Source of the DNA: Promethearchaeota archaeon Loki_b32
GTDB taxonomy: Archaea > Asgardarchaeota > Lokiarchaeia > Sigyniarchaeales > SOKP01
Length of the DNA stretch: 61,298 nt
Direction: 5' to 3'
Assembly (NCBI GenBank): GCA_005223125.1
Contig: NJBH01000022.1
Location: forward strand, 1 to 61,298
Positions within the stretch are counted from its first letter, which is position 1; each line of letters opens with the position of its first letter. Shown piece by piece: positions 1 to 10,558 of this stretch. The position numbers and the translations under genes were made by a program. The notes beneath the pieces are model-generated. The model saw nothing but the letters and a program-made list of their open reading frames with translations, did not search any database and was not told the DNA's origin.

Positions 1-403
1 CTGTAACTCTTCTTTTCTTTTTATAGAAATACAATAATTTATGCCTATTGTTTTGACTTATTTTGAAGATATCATGAAGGATGTTCTCAAATAATGTTTG
101 CAAGAGAATGGGTAAAATCACGTAGAATTTATCGTGATAAGCGATGCTATTAATTAGATCGAGATGATGATCATATTGCTTCAAGCCAAACCTCTGAAAA
201 TCTTTATTAATAAATTTCTTTTTTGAAGCCGTGAGTTCAGGTTTATCATATAAACTATTGAATTGAGTAATTTTGAAATCTATAATCTCTTGAACCACTT
301 CTGATAAGCCTGGAATTAATCTGTTTTTGATATTAAAGGCCCTATCATAGAGTTTATATCCGTTCGATATCCAATTACTTGAAAATAAATCTAATATAAT
401 CAA
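1..403 (-). CDS. Partial hypothetical protein running off the left edge, possibly HEPN/DUF4145-like; 5' end may be frameshifted
   Basis: Manual translation gives an open frame from TTG at 403 to the window edge (LIILDLFSSNWISNGY...YVILPILLQTLFENILHDIF...). The ILLQTLFEN helix resembles the N-terminal helix of HEPN domains. Confidence 0.45.
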   Translation of the reverse strand, partial: MIILDLFSSNWISNGYKLYDRAFNIKNRLIPGLSEVVQEIIDFKITQFNSLYDKPELTASKKKFINKDFQRFGLKQYDHHLDLINSIAYHDKFYVILPILLQTLFENILHDIFKISQNNRHKLLYFYKKKRRVT

Positions 404-641
404 GATCCACTTTTTCCATGATGCACTGATTTTCGCTTATAATTTGTAAAAATAAGTGATTCCTCCATTTTAGATTTTATTATTAATGGACAAATCAATC
501 AAATTTTCTATTACTTTCTCTTGATCATGTTTTTATTTTATAAAGAACGCATATGCTTCTATTCATTTATGTATATTTTTGATTTTTGCAGGCATTTTAA
601 GAGATCGTATAAAATTATTCTAAGACTATAGGATAAAAATC

Positions 642-2033
642 TTATTCTTCGATATCGCTTGTTTTAACTTTTTCTAATAGTTCCAGAACTTTGAATTCTT
701 TTTTAATAACTCTGAGTGGCTTTCTTAAATTCTGATAGAAAAATTCAAGCATCCCAATATCGTCAAATTCAAGTCTGAAATTTAAAAGAGTTAGAATTAC
801 ATGCTCAACCATGCTTTTCATGAAATCCCTATCATCTGAAGTAATTGTATCTTCGGTTTCATGGACGAAAAGATTTCTTTTATGAAATAATATATTAATA
901 AGATGCTCAAAATCCTTTTTAGCGGGTTCTTTGTTTGGGTAAGTTGATTTCAATCGCTTGGTTACTTCTATGAGGGTGATTCCCCCCTTTTTGAGAAACA
1001 ACTTTTCTAAGATGTTCCAAAACTTTAAAAATGAAATCGAAAAACTTGTAGTCTTTAGAGCGTCATAATAGTTAGCAAAAGCTTCAATCAGGAGTGCATA
1101 TAACTTATTACGTTTTATATCCTGAACAATTGAAATCGTGTCTGCTATTTTGTTTAGTTTCTTTAAAGAGATATCTTTTGGTCTTGATGGTTTCTCATAG
1201 TATGTAAATAAAATACTTTTGCACTTATCGTCTTCTAAAATATATACCAATGGAATACGAATATTTGTGAGACTTCTTTCTGAAGGAAAAGGTCCTATTC
1301 CAAGTGAAATGACCCCCCGTCCCTGATATATAACAAATGCATATACCCCGACATTTACTTCTAAATCGTAGACCGCCTTCTTTACAGCAAAACCTATGTT
1401 TCGAGCATGAACTTTAACTATAAAATAATGAGTACCAAAATCGCTACATGCTCTGAATAGTTCTCTAACCTCTTTATTCTCATCAAAAATAGTGTTTTCG
1501 CTTGGGTATTCCGTATTTATATATTCCCTTATTGTTTGTGAGTAATCATTAATCTGAGGAACTAATTGAATTCTAATATCCTCATATTTCTGTAAAAATT
1601 CAACAGGTATTCCATCTCCAAAATTTAAGTTTAAAGGGAAAATCAACGTATATTCAATTAAAGGTTTATTCTTGATAGTTTCTAAATAGGTATCCAACTT
1701 TTCAAGAAAAATTTTAAGTAAATCACCATCAGATATTTGTTCTCGTTTGATTTCTTTAAGAGCATCATGTAAGGGATTAAAATATCTATTATCTTTTAGC
1801 CCATGTGAGAATTGTAGATTTTTTAATTTTGATTTTAGATTATAGTTACTTTCCTTGTCTAATAATTTCCCAAGTATTATGGTTTTTCTTTCAAATATCG
1901 TGAGATTTAGTTCACCAGTGATATAATTATTAGCTAGTTGTTGATTCGATCCCGTGAATAAATCCAATGAAGTTTTTATTAGTTCATATATTCTCTCTTT
2001 ATCTTCTAGTTTAATTACAATTTCATCACTCAA
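642..2033 (-). CDS. HEPN-domain protein (ApeA/MAE_28990-like C-terminal HEPN)
   Basis: C-terminal SFLKFWNILEKLF helix followed by the R-X4-H motif RNLFVH. Confidence 0.7.
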   Translation of the reverse strand: MSDEIVIKLEDKERIYELIKTSLDLFTGSNQQLANNYITGELNLTIFERKTIILGKLLDKESNYNLKSKLKNLQFSHGLKDNRYFNPLHDALKEIKREQISDGDLLKIFLEKLDTYLETIKNKPLIEYTLIFPLNLNFGDGIPVEFLQKYEDIRIQLVPQINDYSQTIREYINTEYPSENTIFDENKEVRELFRACSDFGTHYFIVKVHARNIGFAVKKAVYDLEVNVGVYAFVIYQGRGVISLGIGPFPSERSLTNIRIPLVYILEDDKCKSILFTYYEKPSRPKDISLKKLNKIADTISIVQDIKRNKLYALLIEAFANYYDALKTTSFSISFLKFWNILEKLFLKKGGITLIEVTKRLKSTYPNKEPAKKDFEHLINILFHKRNLFVHETEDTITSDDRDFMKSMVEHVILTLLNFRLEFDDIGMLEFFYQNLRKPLRVIKKEFKVLELLEKVKTSDIEE

Positions 2034-2395
2034 TATTATCTAAACCTCTTTCCCTCTCAAAAAAATTACATTTAAAATTAAAAACTCCTAATATTAGAAT
2101 TAATTTCTTCCTATTTAATACCAAAGATTGTTTACTTCTATATGAAAGAATGCTATGGATTAAATTATTTTAAAGTCTTTACTAGCTTTGATTTTATTTG
2201 ATTTTAGAGAAAAAATAACACGATATAATGCAGAAAATAAGGTTAAGGTTCCTGATGAGACAGTAACTGATGTTGTTAATAAAAAAAATTCGATTAAAGA
2301 TAACTCTCCCATATGGCGGCAATATCATCTCACCCCCGTGGTGACCCCTCTTTATTACTTGGGGGGAAATTAATTTGAATTTTGAGAAATTCCAT

Positions 2396-3217
2396 TTACT
2401 CCATATATCTTGGCACATATCTAAGACCATCCTTATTCAAAATCTTACATAATCCTTCAGAAGTTTCATAAAGAAGATTATAGACTTTTTCACCGTTTAT
2501 AATCGCCCCTAATGCAATTCTACTATTCTTTAACAAATCTCTATCCTTTTTTTCAAAAGTAACGGGGAGATTTTCCAATTCCTCTAATATTGAATTGTAA
2601 TAAACAAATTCACTAACCAACTCTGGATTAAATTCTTTTACAACATTATATTTTTGAGCTAATATTTGAATATTGACTCTTAGGGCTTCTTTAATTATAT
2701 AGAAATCTCTTTGTTTTGTAAAATAAATATAAAATGTTTTAGTCCTCGGATCATAACCCCAAAACTCATTAGTATCAGTATATCGGTGAGTTATCATTTT
2801 ATCTCTTATAATTATGATTCTTAATTCTAAAATTTGTTCTTTCTTCAGCAAAAAATTCTTATATTCAATAAATAATTCATCTACTCCCTCAGTTTTCTTC
2901 AGAGTTTTTATATGGTCACGAAATGAATTATTCTTAAGTCCAGATTTCACATAATCTTGAAAAAATGAATGAGAAATATAATTCACTAAATAATCTAAAA
3001 AAGCTGAAGAAAATAAATATAAAGACCTCACATCAAGTTTTAAATATTGTAGGTGCTTAATACTTTCTCTAACATCGCTAACAAGAGTTTGTCCATATTT
3101 CTCTTTTGCTGCGTCAATCCTTTTTAATATTATTTGAAGGAATGATACTAAATCCATCAAATAAAATTGACTTTGAGGTTTCTTTTCAGAATAAACATAG
3201 GGGAATGATTGATACAT
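2396..3217 (-). CDS. Probable HEPN-family protein (Cthe_2314-like)
   Basis: Helical protein with SLYLFSSAFLDYL and an R-X5-H motif RDKMITH. Confidence 0.5.
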   Translation of the reverse strand: MYQSFPYVYSEKKPQSQFYLMDLVSFLQIILKRIDAAKEKYGQTLVSDVRESIKHLQYLKLDVRSLYLFSSAFLDYLVNYISHSFFQDYVKSGLKNNSFRDHIKTLKKTEGVDELFIEYKNFLLKKEQILELRIIIIRDKMITHRYTDTNEFWGYDPRTKTFYIYFTKQRDFYIIKEALRVNIQILAQKYNVVKEFNPELVSEFVYYNSILEELENLPVTFEKKDRDLLKNSRIALGAIINGEKVYNLLYETSEGLCKILNKDGLRYVPRYME

Positions 3218-3383
3218 ATATATCTACCTTATAAAAAATGTATTCTATTAATTTTTATCTTAAGCTATAATAAATACAATAGGAATATATATTTTTCATT
3301 CAGATTAGATAATTCTTTTTAAATATCATTAGTACTTAACAGACAAAGATTATTAAATCTAGTTAAATGCAAAGTTCTAATTT

Positions 3384-5777
3384 TTATTTAAAATTACGTA
3401 ATAACTCTTTGAATTCTTTTGAATCTCTAATATTTTTTAAATCTGGATCTGATTTAGCATCATCTAATAGATTTTTGTCGATATTTAATGCTACTTTTAA
3501 ATCTTCAACAGCTTCAAGTATGCTAGATTGAACAGATTTTAAGCAAGCTCTAAGATAATATGTCCTAGCATATTTTGTATCTAATTCCAACAAGTTCTCA
3601 ATAATTTTATTTGTTTTATCAAATTGTTTTAATTTAATAAATACAGCTCCTTTATTGTAGAGGGCTAATTTATTTGATGGATTGATTCCAATGATTTTAT
3701 CAAATGTTTCTAAAGCTTCATTAAGTAAATCTAAATTATCGAAGCAAACACCCATATCGTTCAATGCTTCTTGAAAGGTGGGATCTACTGATATTGCATT
3801 ATTATAACATTTTATTGCTTCTTTATACTTTTGTTGTTCAAGTAAAAGATGACCTTTAACAAACCAATAATCTCTGAAATTGAAGTTACATTTACATTCT
3901 GGATTAGGACATTCATTATTAAAATATAATAAATGATGATGAATGGGTATTATATAACCACATTTCTCACAACTTCTGTAATTATAATAATTCGCATTAC
4001 CATTAATATGTAAATTTAATGTTTTATTTTTAATATGTTTTTGAACTTCCTCATGGGAGAAATCAATAGGAAATGACAATACTTTGTATGAGAATGATCC
4101 ATCATCATTTTCTTCTCCCTTTCCAACAAATTCATACCTCCCTCTTTCATAATTAATATTCATATTGATACATTTCCCATCAGTAGTTTCGACTGCTATT
4201 AGAAATCGCTCAGGAGGAACCGCAAGTTTATTTAAGTTAATATTATATGAATTTGTTTCTCTCCAATCCAAATTCATTAAAACTTGAATAATACCTTTGC
4301 CTGTTTTTGCACTTCTAGCTGCAATTTCATTTTTATAAATTGATTTTAGATCCCAATTAATATATGGATAAATTGTGTTTAATAGAATTTTATTAAGATA
4401 ATTATAGACATTCAAAATACTTTGCCAAAGGTCTGAGAATTTTATAGTTTTATTTTGACCTGTTATTTTATTTTTATATGAAATTAAATACTTTTCAATA
4501 AATCCCTTTTCATTATCATAACTGAATTCGATATCACGTTCGAATTTAGCTCTATGTGTAATGTCATTTCTAATCCATCTCGTTACCTTAAGATTTTTTA
4601 AAAAAGTTAGAATCATTTTAATGGAGAGAGAATTATTTGAGTAATTTTTTTTTATTATTTTTGCTAATAAAGGTTGGATGTTTGTATAAAATTCTAAAAA
4701 AACGAAATATTTACTTCCACTTTTATTTCTATATTTATCTAAATTTAGATTTTTATTGTTTAGATCACTTTCCCATTTCTTTTTTAATTTCTTTAAGTTC
4801 TGAAATTCAGGATGATTATCTTCTAATTTGTGGATTAAAGATTCTATGGCAGTAATCGAAATAGTAATAACAGAAGCACCCATATGGATTTTATTAGTCC
4901 TATAAAGCGAACGAGCTAAAAGAAATAATTCTTGATGTGGATAAACAGGATTATTCTTCCGATTTTGTAAAAGCTTATTAAATTCCTCCATTTTACCATT
5001 ATTTCTGAGATAAGTGATATCTGGAATGCCCTTCAAATTGGTTACATCTTGAATTATTGGAATAAAAGGGTAATATTTCTGATTTATTATAAGATGACTA
5101 TTGAAAATGCATTTACTGAATTCATAAATCGAGATGGGTCTTACTTCATGTTGATACATCATATTTATATCGTTTGATGGAAAATACAATGAATAATATG
5201 TTAGAAATTCATTAATATCTTGAAAAAATTGATTTTGAGTCTTATAGATATATGAATTAAAAAATCCTTTTTCAATAAGTTGTTCAATAGTTATATTTTT
5301 ATTTATTAACGATTTCACTGGATATCTTTTAAAAAGTACAGATTTCATTTTTCTTTTAAATTTATATTCTTCAAATTCTTCTTTAATTAAACCAAGCTCA
5401 TTAAATACTTTATCTTGGGGAGCATAAATGGGTTGAAATGTTTGGAAATTTTCTAATTCGTTGCCTTTTTGAAAATGATACATATCTCTTCTTAACATTA
5501 TTTGATTTGGTTTATCAAAAGCATATAATCCTGTTGGAATACTTATATTAAATGGTAACTCTACATAAAATTCTATAAGTCCGTAAACTTCTAAGGCTTC
5601 AATAGGATTCTCTATACCACTTTTATCTTTATAGAATAACCAAACTTTTTTACAATCATTATCTTGACATCTTCCAACTACTTGTTTCTGAACCATCTTT
5701 ATTTTAATATCAGCTTTACACTCTGGACATTTTCGATTTCCATATTTTTTCAATAATTTTTCGTTTACATCTTTCAT
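3384..5777 (-). CDS. Zn-ribbon / HEPN / Zn-finger / TPR multidomain protein
   Basis: N-terminal CPEC..CQDNDC; central SITAIESL...RNDITH (R-X4-H); CEKC..CPNPEC; C-terminal TPRs (YKEAIKCYNNAISVDP, ALYNKG, YYLRACLKS). Confidence 0.75.
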   Translation of the reverse strand: MKDVNEKLLKKYGNRKCPECKADIKIKMVQKQVVGRCQDNDCKKVWLFYKDKSGIENPIEALEVYGLIEFYVELPFNISIPTGLYAFDKPNQIMLRRDMYHFQKGNELENFQTFQPIYAPQDKVFNELGLIKEEFEEYKFKRKMKSVLFKRYPVKSLINKNITIEQLIEKGFFNSYIYKTQNQFFQDINEFLTYYSLYFPSNDINMMYQHEVRPISIYEFSKCIFNSHLIINQKYYPFIPIIQDVTNLKGIPDITYLRNNGKMEEFNKLLQNRKNNPVYPHQELFLLARSLYRTNKIHMGASVITISITAIESLIHKLEDNHPEFQNLKKLKKKWESDLNNKNLNLDKYRNKSGSKYFVFLEFYTNIQPLLAKIIKKNYSNNSLSIKMILTFLKNLKVTRWIRNDITHRAKFERDIEFSYDNEKGFIEKYLISYKNKITGQNKTIKFSDLWQSILNVYNYLNKILLNTIYPYINWDLKSIYKNEIAARSAKTGKGIIQVLMNLDWRETNSYNINLNKLAVPPERFLIAVETTDGKCINMNINYERGRYEFVGKGEENDDGSFSYKVLSFPIDFSHEEVQKHIKNKTLNLHINGNANYYNYRSCEKCGYIIPIHHHLLYFNNECPNPECKCNFNFRDYWFVKGHLLLEQQKYKEAIKCYNNAISVDPTFQEALNDMGVCFDNLDLLNEALETFDKIIGINPSNKLALYNKGAVFIKLKQFDKTNKIIENLLELDTKYARTYYLRACLKSVQSSILEAVEDLKVALNIDKNLLDDAKSDPDLKNIRDSKEFKELLRNFK

Positions 5778-6244
5778 TAGTAAAATACACTACTTTTACT
5801 TAGTTCTATGATTTATAACACGATTTAGTTATATAAATAAGAGAGATTTAAGGATTAATAATTAATATTGCAATAATAATGAAGAATTTTGACTGTTAGT
5901 ATCCATTTCATGGTACTATATTATGCAATTAAATAGAATTGAGATGACTAATTCATTCTTTGAATAGAATTAGTGGCTGTTATAATTTTTCGATTTTTAA
6001 GAATAACTTAAAAATAATTGCTTTATATCTCACTAACAATAGTATTTTAGCATCTCTACTAAAAGCTATATTTCAATCAATTAGATTTACTTATATTAAT
6101 ATATCCTATTTCAATATACATACATTTAATTCTTAATATTTTCTTAATTTTTATAGATGATTTAAGACAATGTTGCTAAAATCAAGTAATAGTAAATATC
6201 AAAAAGAAACCAATTTTTTATATTTATAGAAGAGAGGAACTAAA

Positions 6245-6760
6245 ATGAATGAATTGACAGTTTTGATGCATTTACTAAGCAAAAAAATTAATAAATCACA
6301 AATAGGAGCTACTAAACAGGAAATTCTTAAAAATTTAAATGTTAAAGATAAGAATAAATCGATTTACTTTCAAACTATGATTAATAACTTATCTAATTAT
6401 CTTGAACCTTTAGGACTTCAAGTTAGATTTAACCCATTAAATTCATATTGGTATATTTCCTTCGATCCAGAAACAACTGAAATAATTTCAGCAAATCCAT
6501 TTGAAGGAAACCCTAGATTAGCCGCAACATTATATTGCACCATGATATGCTGCTTTAATAGTACTGGAGAAGCAACTATTCAAAAAATAAAAGAATTAAG
6601 GAAAAAAAAAGGGGTATTAGAAGATATAAAAGAATTAGATAAAATGGGATTTGTTAATCTTGAAAAAAGTTTGAATAAGGTTAGTCTAACACCTTTAATA
6701 GGATATTTACTTGATTTAGAAAAATTATTTGTAAAAATTGCTCTTAAATTGAAAAATTAA
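6245..6760 (+). CDS. Tandem winged-helix protein, kite-like (Nse1/Nse3/ScpB)
   Basis: MINNLSNYLEPLGLQVR..YWYI followed by a second wHTH ending IKELDKMGFV..VSLTP; the size fits two WH domains. Confidence 0.45.
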   Translation: MNELTVLMHLLSKKINKSQIGATKQEILKNLNVKDKNKSIYFQTMINNLSNYLEPLGLQVRFNPLNSYWYISFDPETTEIISANPFEGNPRLAATLYCTMICCFNSTGEATIQKIKELRKKKGVLEDIKELDKMGFVNLEKSLNKVSLTPLIGYLLDLEKLFVKIALKLKN

Positions 6761-6798
6761 AAGAGAAACAAAAATCTGAAAATTAAAAGTATAATAAA

Positions 6799-7434
6799 TT
6801 AATTTTTAGTAGTAATTTCGAGAATCATTTCCGCGACTTGGTTATTATATGTTTCAACATCTGCGAAACCTTCTATAGTTTCGCCACATGTTATAAATGT
6901 GTCAGTAATCGCTATTTTTCGTGCTTCAAAAAATTCTGTTATTTTCCCTTTCACTTCCGTAAGTTTTTTCTCCTTATCTCCTTTAACCAAATCGATTTTA
7001 TTTATGCATACATAAATTTTATCTGGAAAAAATCTAACATCATTGAAAAACTCAAATTGAGGATCTAGATCTCTATCGAGCGAGAAGACGGCTATAATCT
7101 TGGTTGCGATACGGGAGATTGTTATAATGCCCATTTTCACAACTGCTCTAGCCCGATCGCCTCCTGGAGCGAAGATAGTGTGCGCTTTGTTTGTTGAGTC
7201 TTCTCTAAACACGATTCGGTTAGGGTGAATTGTTTTTGTTTCTTTTTCGTTAAGAGCATCCTCTTTTTCTCCTCCTGGAACTGTTGCTTCTCCTGAAAAA
7301 TCAGCTTTAACAACAGAACATTTTGTTCCACCTTTAACCTTTTCAATGTCACCCTGTTTTAAATATCGAACAAATAATCGAAGAATACTGGTTTTTCCAA
7401 CACTTATATCCCCCAGAAGTCCTATATTTACCAT
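6799..7434 (-). CDS. Small GTPase (Ras superfamily, MglA-like G3)
   Basis: G1 GDISVGKTS, G3-position FAPGG, G4 NKID. Confidence 0.85.
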   Translation of the reverse strand: MVNIGLLGDISVGKTSILRLFVRYLKQGDIEKVKGGTKCSVVKADFSGEATVPGGEKEDALNEKETKTIHPNRIVFREDSTNKAHTIFAPGGDRARAVVKMGIITISRIATKIIAVFSLDRDLDPQFEFFNDVRFFPDKIYVCINKIDLVKGDKEKKLTEVKGKITEFFEARKIAITDTFITCGETIEGFADVETYNNQVAEMILEITTKN

Positions 7435-7437
7435 TTA

Positions 7438-8250
7438 TTACGCTTCACCTTCCAATAATTTATTTAATAATAATTCATAATCAGGGATCAAAAATTGCTC
7501 AAGCAATGCGTTATTATGAGCATTTATAAGTGCTATTAGTATTTCTTTAACATTCTTTGCATTTTTTGAATACTTAATTAAATTCTCTGCGGTAGGATCT
7601 CCATTAAATTCTCTTGCGTGTTCCTCAAATCCAAATTTGCTAAGTTCGGGTAGCGCATTAAAAAATCCAAAAGCAGAATAGCCTTGATATTGGTAAAAAA
7701 TGAAAAATCTTGTTTTGATATTTTTTATAATCTGAGATAAATATGCAGAAGGGTAAATTTCTCCTAATGTGAGTTCTTCATCCTGTTTAATTACGAAATA
7801 CGGAGAAATTGGAGATACTTGTATTCCATACATTTCTTTTGGAGGAATAGAAATAAATGGTAACTTTTCTGATACAATTGTCCAGAGATCTTCTCTTTTT
7901 TTTTCTAATAAGATATCTTTAATTTCATCATACGCAAAATAAAAATCTGCTTGAAGTGCTAATAATGAACTTAAATATACTGATAAAGAAGCAAAAGTAG
8001 CTTCCAACACAGGTCTTCTCCCTCCATTAGCTTCTGAAGGTTTAACAGTACCTTTCCAAGCTCTCAATCCAGAATAAGCAAATGATTTCACATCAAAAAA
8101 AGCACCTGAAAGAAATAGAAAAGATATTGCTTCAGCTTTTTCTCCTGTTAAAAAATCTAAAGATTTTGTAATTAATACGCTCTCTAATTTTTCGTCATGA
8201 AACTTCGAGTGGATTATGGGCATTTGTAGCCAAGTTTTTTTCTTTGCCAA
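7438..8250 (-). CDS. Hypothetical protein co-transcribed with the GTPase; possibly a divergent roadblock/longin-like regulator
   Basis: 270-aa ORF ending 3 nt before the GTPase start. Confidence 0.6.
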   Translation of the reverse strand: MAKKKTWLQMPIIHSKFHDEKLESVLITKSLDFLTGEKAEAISFLFLSGAFFDVKSFAYSGLRAWKGTVKPSEANGGRRPVLEATFASLSVYLSSLLALQADFYFAYDEIKDILLEKKREDLWTIVSEKLPFISIPPKEMYGIQVSPISPYFVIKQDEELTLGEIYPSAYLSQIIKNIKTRFFIFYQYQGYSAFGFFNALPELSKFGFEEHAREFNGDPTAENLIKYSKNAKNVKEILIALINAHNNALLEQFLIPDYELLLNKLLEGEA

Positions 8251-8420
8251 AATTAAAACACTCCTTACGATAATTTCGATAAAAATAATAAGAATTGCTG
8301 TATAATTAATTTTTTTAATTTAAATAAAACAATATATTATCTCAATATAATTTTATGCTTATGAATATAATTAGTTTAAATGACTTTTACTCAATAGTTC
8401 AACTATTTATGAAGTAAAAT

Positions 8421-9050
8421 TTAATTATGAGAGCTGATTTCTTTAGCCAAAAGTTCTCTCATTTTTAATGTAATCATATCATATTCTTTTATAGATCCTA
8501 AATTTGTAATATTAATTTGTTCGATCAGTTCCGTGCTTTTAAAATAATCATAATTCAAACTCATATTTGGATTGTTATCTTTGATTTTAATGAGTGCTCC
8601 TTTTAAAAAAACACGAATGAAATCTTCAGAGGTTTCTTTTATCGCTCTTTTCTCTGGGTCTATAATTTTTATCTCCACCCTATTTAGACCGTAGCAATTT
8701 AAGATGCATAATAACTCATCATCTTTTTGATTACTTTTAGAAAAGATTTTTCTTTTTATATTTGTTCCTTCAACTTTCTCCTTTGGAATTTCTTCTACAA
8801 AATATTGGTCTTCACTGAAAGAATTTGTTTTTTTTAGCACTTTTTGTGAGTAAAGCTCATCTGCACTATAAAACGATTTACCAGATATTAGAGAACTTAG
8901 GAAATTTAAAACCTCTCTTAATTCACTTATTTCTAATTCTAATTCTTTGAGATGTTCTTTTTTTTTGTAGTAGATATCTTGAAGTTTACTGAGCATCTGT
9001 GATAGCTTCTCAATTTCATTTTCGTTGTCTTTAGGATCCATTGATTTCAT
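8421..9050 (-). CDS. Hypothetical protein with N-terminal coiled coil
   Basis: Heptad-rich N-terminus (LKELELEISELREVL). Confidence 0.6.
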   Translation of the reverse strand: MKSMDPKDNENEIEKLSQMLSKLQDIYYKKKEHLKELELEISELREVLNFLSSLISGKSFYSADELYSQKVLKKTNSFSEDQYFVEEIPKEKVEGTNIKRKIFSKSNQKDDELLCILNCYGLNRVEIKIIDPEKRAIKETSEDFIRVFLKGALIKIKDNNPNMSLNYDYFKSTELIEQINITNLGSIKEYDMITLKMRELLAKEISSHN

Positions 9051-9131
9051 ATATGTTTTATAAGAACTTAAATTTATTTAAAAATTAGTGCTATAGATTA
9101 ATTAAGTAATTTATTTTTAAGTGAGATTAAA

Positions 9132-10004
9132 ATGGAATCAATGATAATAACTCCTAATTCAAAAGACCCAGAAGTCGAAATCCTTTCAAAAGAATTGAAA
9201 AAACGTGGTTTAAAGGTTCGCTACTTTATTCCATCTACTATTAAAGTAGGGGTTGGTTTTCAAGCAAATTTTTATAAACAATTTGAAACACTTGAACCTA
9301 AAGCAGCACTAGTAAGAGGATTTGGGGCTTCTGCTACTCAAAAGATCTTTTTTAGGCTTGATATTTTAAGAGCAATAGAAGAATATAATATCAAGTTAAT
9401 TAATTCAAGAGAATCATTAGAAATTGCTAGTGATAAATTTTTAACTTCAATATTTTTAGAAAACTATAAAATTCCTACCCCAAAAACGATGGTTTGTGAA
9501 GAGCCACAAAAAGCTTTGGAAGCTTTTGAGGAATTAGGAGGAGATTGTGTATTGAAGCCCCTATATGGTTCAAAAGGAATTGGAATAACAAGATTAAATG
9601 ATCGAGCCTTTGCAGAAAATGTAATTTATTCTCTTGGTCAGTTAAATCATGTTTTCTATTTACAAGAATTTATTGAACATTCCAATCGAGATATTAGGAT
9701 ATTAGTATTAGGAGATAATGTAATTGCTGGGATGTACCGAGTGAGTGATAGTTGGAAAACAAATATTTACTCTGGTGCTAAAGCTGAACCAATAGAAATA
9801 ACCCAGGAATTAAAGGATCTTGCAATAAAAGCAGCTAAAATAACAAAAACAGAAATTGCTGGAATTGACATATTAGAAAGTGAAAAAGGATATTTAGTAC
9901 TAGAAGTTAATTCGATTCCTGGATTCACAGCTCTACAAAAAGTTTCAGATGTAAATATTGCTGAAGAAATTATTAATTATTTTATTGAAAATGCTGATTC
10001 TTAG
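9132..10004 (+). CDS. RimK-family ATP-grasp glutamate ligase (MptN/CofF-like)
   Basis: DKF, PTPKT, VLKPLYGSKGIGI, YLQEFI, DIR, WKTN, GIDI, LEVNSIPG motifs. Confidence 0.9.
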   Translation: MESMIITPNSKDPEVEILSKELKKRGLKVRYFIPSTIKVGVGFQANFYKQFETLEPKAALVRGFGASATQKIFFRLDILRAIEEYNIKLINSRESLEIASDKFLTSIFLENYKIPTPKTMVCEEPQKALEAFEELGGDCVLKPLYGSKGIGITRLNDRAFAENVIYSLGQLNHVFYLQEFIEHSNRDIRILVLGDNVIAGMYRVSDSWKTNIYSGAKAEPIEITQELKDLAIKAAKITKTEIAGIDILESEKGYLVLEVNSIPGFTALQKVSDVNIAEEIINYFIENADS

Positions 10005-10059
10005 AGTTCTCACTTTAAAAACAAGAAAAAAAAAATTGAAATTTATTTAATTGATACGT

Positions 10060-10416
10060 TTATAGTTCTTCAATAATCCCAATCAAGCCAGCTATTAAAA
10101 CTAAAACACATGCCCAAATTCCTGCTCCAAAAACTACTAGTAAAATGGCAAATATGATTAAAATAAGCCAATGAAAAGGAATGGGGTCATTTGGTTTAAA
10201 TCCGACCCAAAATGTTAAAACTACTATAACCAAGCCGATAATGAAAACAATGATACGGTTTACGAGGACTTGAAAATTATTAAATGTTATTAAAGGATCT
10301 ACAAAACCGTAATTTTCCATCTCAGTAAGCCATAAAATTAATGTTACTAATCCCACTAAAGCCCCGAGTATCACTAAAACTTTCATTAGCCCTTCATTTT
10401 TATAATGTTTTGTCAC
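10060..10416 (-). CDS. Small membrane protein (about 4 TM)
   Basis: Hydrophobic segments. Confidence 0.7.
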   Translation of the reverse strand: MTKHYKNEGLMKVLVILGALVGLVTLILWLTEMENYGFVDPLITFNNFQVLVNRIIVFIIGLVIVVLTFWVGFKPNDPIPFHWLILIIFAILLVVFGAGIWACVLVLIAGLIGIIEEL

Positions 10417-10558
10417 TATGCATCATCTTTTTTTGAAATATTATTTTTTTATAAAGATTTAAATTATATAAGATTTTAATGTTTTCCATTTTAAAGTATC
10501 AAAACTTATAGAAAATGATTAATAAAACTTAATTAGAATTTAATCAAATCTAATAAAT

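Noticed and set aside
2034-2395. Possible integron-like cassette repeats between the HEPN genes, and the 61-aa ORF at 2188-2373
   Set aside because: No repeated sequence was found among the spacers by eye. The short ORF and the GC-rich hairpins near 2330-2366 have no independent support.
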